6,346 nucleotides of DNA from a virus (lineage: Duplodnaviria; Heunggongvirae; Uroviricota; Caudoviricetes): the IMG/VR virus record IMGVR_UViG_2597490253_000008; one strand, written 5' to 3'. Shown piece after piece: positions 5,243 through 6,346 of the stretch. Positions within the stretch are counted from its first letter, which is position 1; every line of letters begins with the position of its first letter. The notes beneath the pieces are model-generated. The model saw nothing but the letters and a program-made list of their open reading frames with translations, was not told where the DNA came from and searched no databases. Both the position numbers and the translations under genes were made by a program.

Positions 5243-6346
5243 CCGTACACCTCACGAAGGCGCTGCTCTTCCGACTCCCGCTGCGCCTGACGGTCGGTGA
5301 GGCCGCGGGCTTTTGCGCTGATTGCCGCCTGCTTCGCGCTTTGCTGCTGTTCAAACCGCGCCGCCTGCTGTGCCAGCTCATTCAGCCGCTTCTGGTGTTC
5401 AATCTTGTCTCCCAGCTCAGCCAGCTGGCGTTTGTACTCCAGCGTCTCTTTCTCATGAGCCAGCAGGGATTTTTCCTGCTCAGATAACTGCCGTTTCGTG
5501 GCGGCCTCTTTCAGGACCACATACTGACTTTCCGCTTCCCATAAATCCCGGCGCTGCTGGCTGATTTTCTCATTCACACCGCTGTGTTTTTCCAGCGTCC
5601 TGAGCTCGGTTTCAAGCGCCAGCAGGGCTGCATGCGCCCGGTCTTCCTGGCGCTCACCGGCAGACACCGTCACACCTGACGGCTTTTTCAGCGTCGATTC
5701 ATAATCCTTTTTTGCCGACGCCATCAGCGTGTNNNNNNNNNNNNNNNNNNNNNNNNCCGCCTGCAGGATTTTTCCGTCTTTCAGGGCCTTATTCAGCTCT
5801 TTCTGACGGGCGGTATATTTATCCAGCGGCGTCTGCAGGCGCTCATACGCCTTCTGCGCCTCTCCGGTATACTTCAGCTGTGACGACTCACGCTCAGCCC
5901 TGTCCCTTGCCGCCAGTTCACCGGCTTTTTCCATATCCGACTGCAGCGTGGCCGCTGCCAGACCCAGACGGGCATTTTCCCGGTCATCCCATGCCCCCTG
6001 AAGGTTCGCACGAAAAGAGGAGGTCTTTCCCCGGCGCTGGCTCCGGCTCTGGTACCACTGCCATTTTTTATCCGCCTCATCAAATGCCTTCTGCGCACTG
6101 GCGAGCATATCCGCTGAGGATTCCGGACGACCGATATCCAGAATGGCATCCCACATCGATTTGAATGCCTTCCCTGTTTTATCCGCCCAGGTCTCCAGTG
6201 TTCCCATGTTTTCTTTCAGGCGACGGGTCTGCTCATCAAAGCCTTTCGTGGCGATATCGTTCGCCGCCTGCAATGCCCCGGCCTCGTCTCCGGAACGCTG
6301 CAGCTGTGCAACATACGCAATCTGCTCTGCCGTCACGTTACGGAAC
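4510..6346 (-). CDS. H: Tape measure protein H, allele A, internal fragment (open at the window edge; ends at the N gap just before the native C-terminus)
   Basis: Continuous minus-strand frame from the window edge (FRNV TAEQIAYVAQLQRSGDEAGALQAAN...) to ...KGARDEIQTQMRDGG at 4510, matching lambda gpH as recalled. Coiled-coil-like, charged and Gln/Ala-rich middle typical of tape measure proteins. The M at 6336 in the track is a GTG inside the gene. Contains the in-frame 24-N gap at 5733-5756. Confidence 0.9.
5733..5756. other. Assembly gap (24 N) inside H allele A, frame preserved
   Basis: 24 n characters. The flanking protein ...KDGKILQA [gap] TLMASAKKDYESTLKK... is collinear with lambda gpH on both sides. 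Confidence 0.99.

Noticed and set aside
455-6149. Small minus-strand ORFs nested in larger genes (455..673, 2098..2313, 2790..2987, 3982..4206, 4725..4949, 5874..6149)
   Set aside because: They are out-of-frame reads within I, K, L or H coding sequence (two are duplicates arising from the H repeat) with no independent support.
4480-6336. ORF-track protein of 618 aa read as one continuous gene ending ...RDGGXXXXIILWR
   Set aside because: It reads across the 10-N gap into a different frame of the next segment. The true H frame on the left of the gap is the one giving ...DNPLALNNVMSEQKK..., so the IILWR stop tail and the apparent stop at 4480 are artefacts.
1-6346. A novel defence, anti-defence or cargo (moron) system hidden in the tail module
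   Set aside because: Every stretch of the window is accounted for by H, M, L, K, I, J or N gaps. The only non-coding spacer is the 60-nt I-J region. No unfamiliar ORF, no compositional break and no inserted element is visible.

Overview
This window is the tail-tip part of the late operon of a lambda-like (lambdoid) enterobacterial phage or prophage, encoded entirely on the minus strand. Read 5'->3' on the minus strand (right to left) it carries tape-measure H (fragments), M, L, K, I and the first 127 codons of J. All six proteins match phage lambda gpH, gpM, gpL, gpK, gpI and gpJ, recognised from memory without a database search. The window is not one clean locus. Three N runs (1619-1628, 4500-4509, 5733-5756) interrupt it, and each 10-N run is flanked by a diverged direct repeat: about 735 bp of K/I (884-1618 vs 1871-2605) and about 730 bp of the H 3' end (3767-4499 vs 4510-5242). 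K and I therefore each appear twice, and the H C-terminal region appears twice, as non-identical alleles. The most parsimonious reading is a scaffold or assembly join of contigs from two related lambdoid prophages, not a biological tandem duplication. Genes are tightly packed with ATGA-type overlaps, the only intergenic space is 60 nt between I and J (containing a hairpin), and there is no inserted cargo gene, defence island or unfamiliar ORF. I find no evidence of a novel system here; the plus-strand ORFs in the track are antisense shadows.
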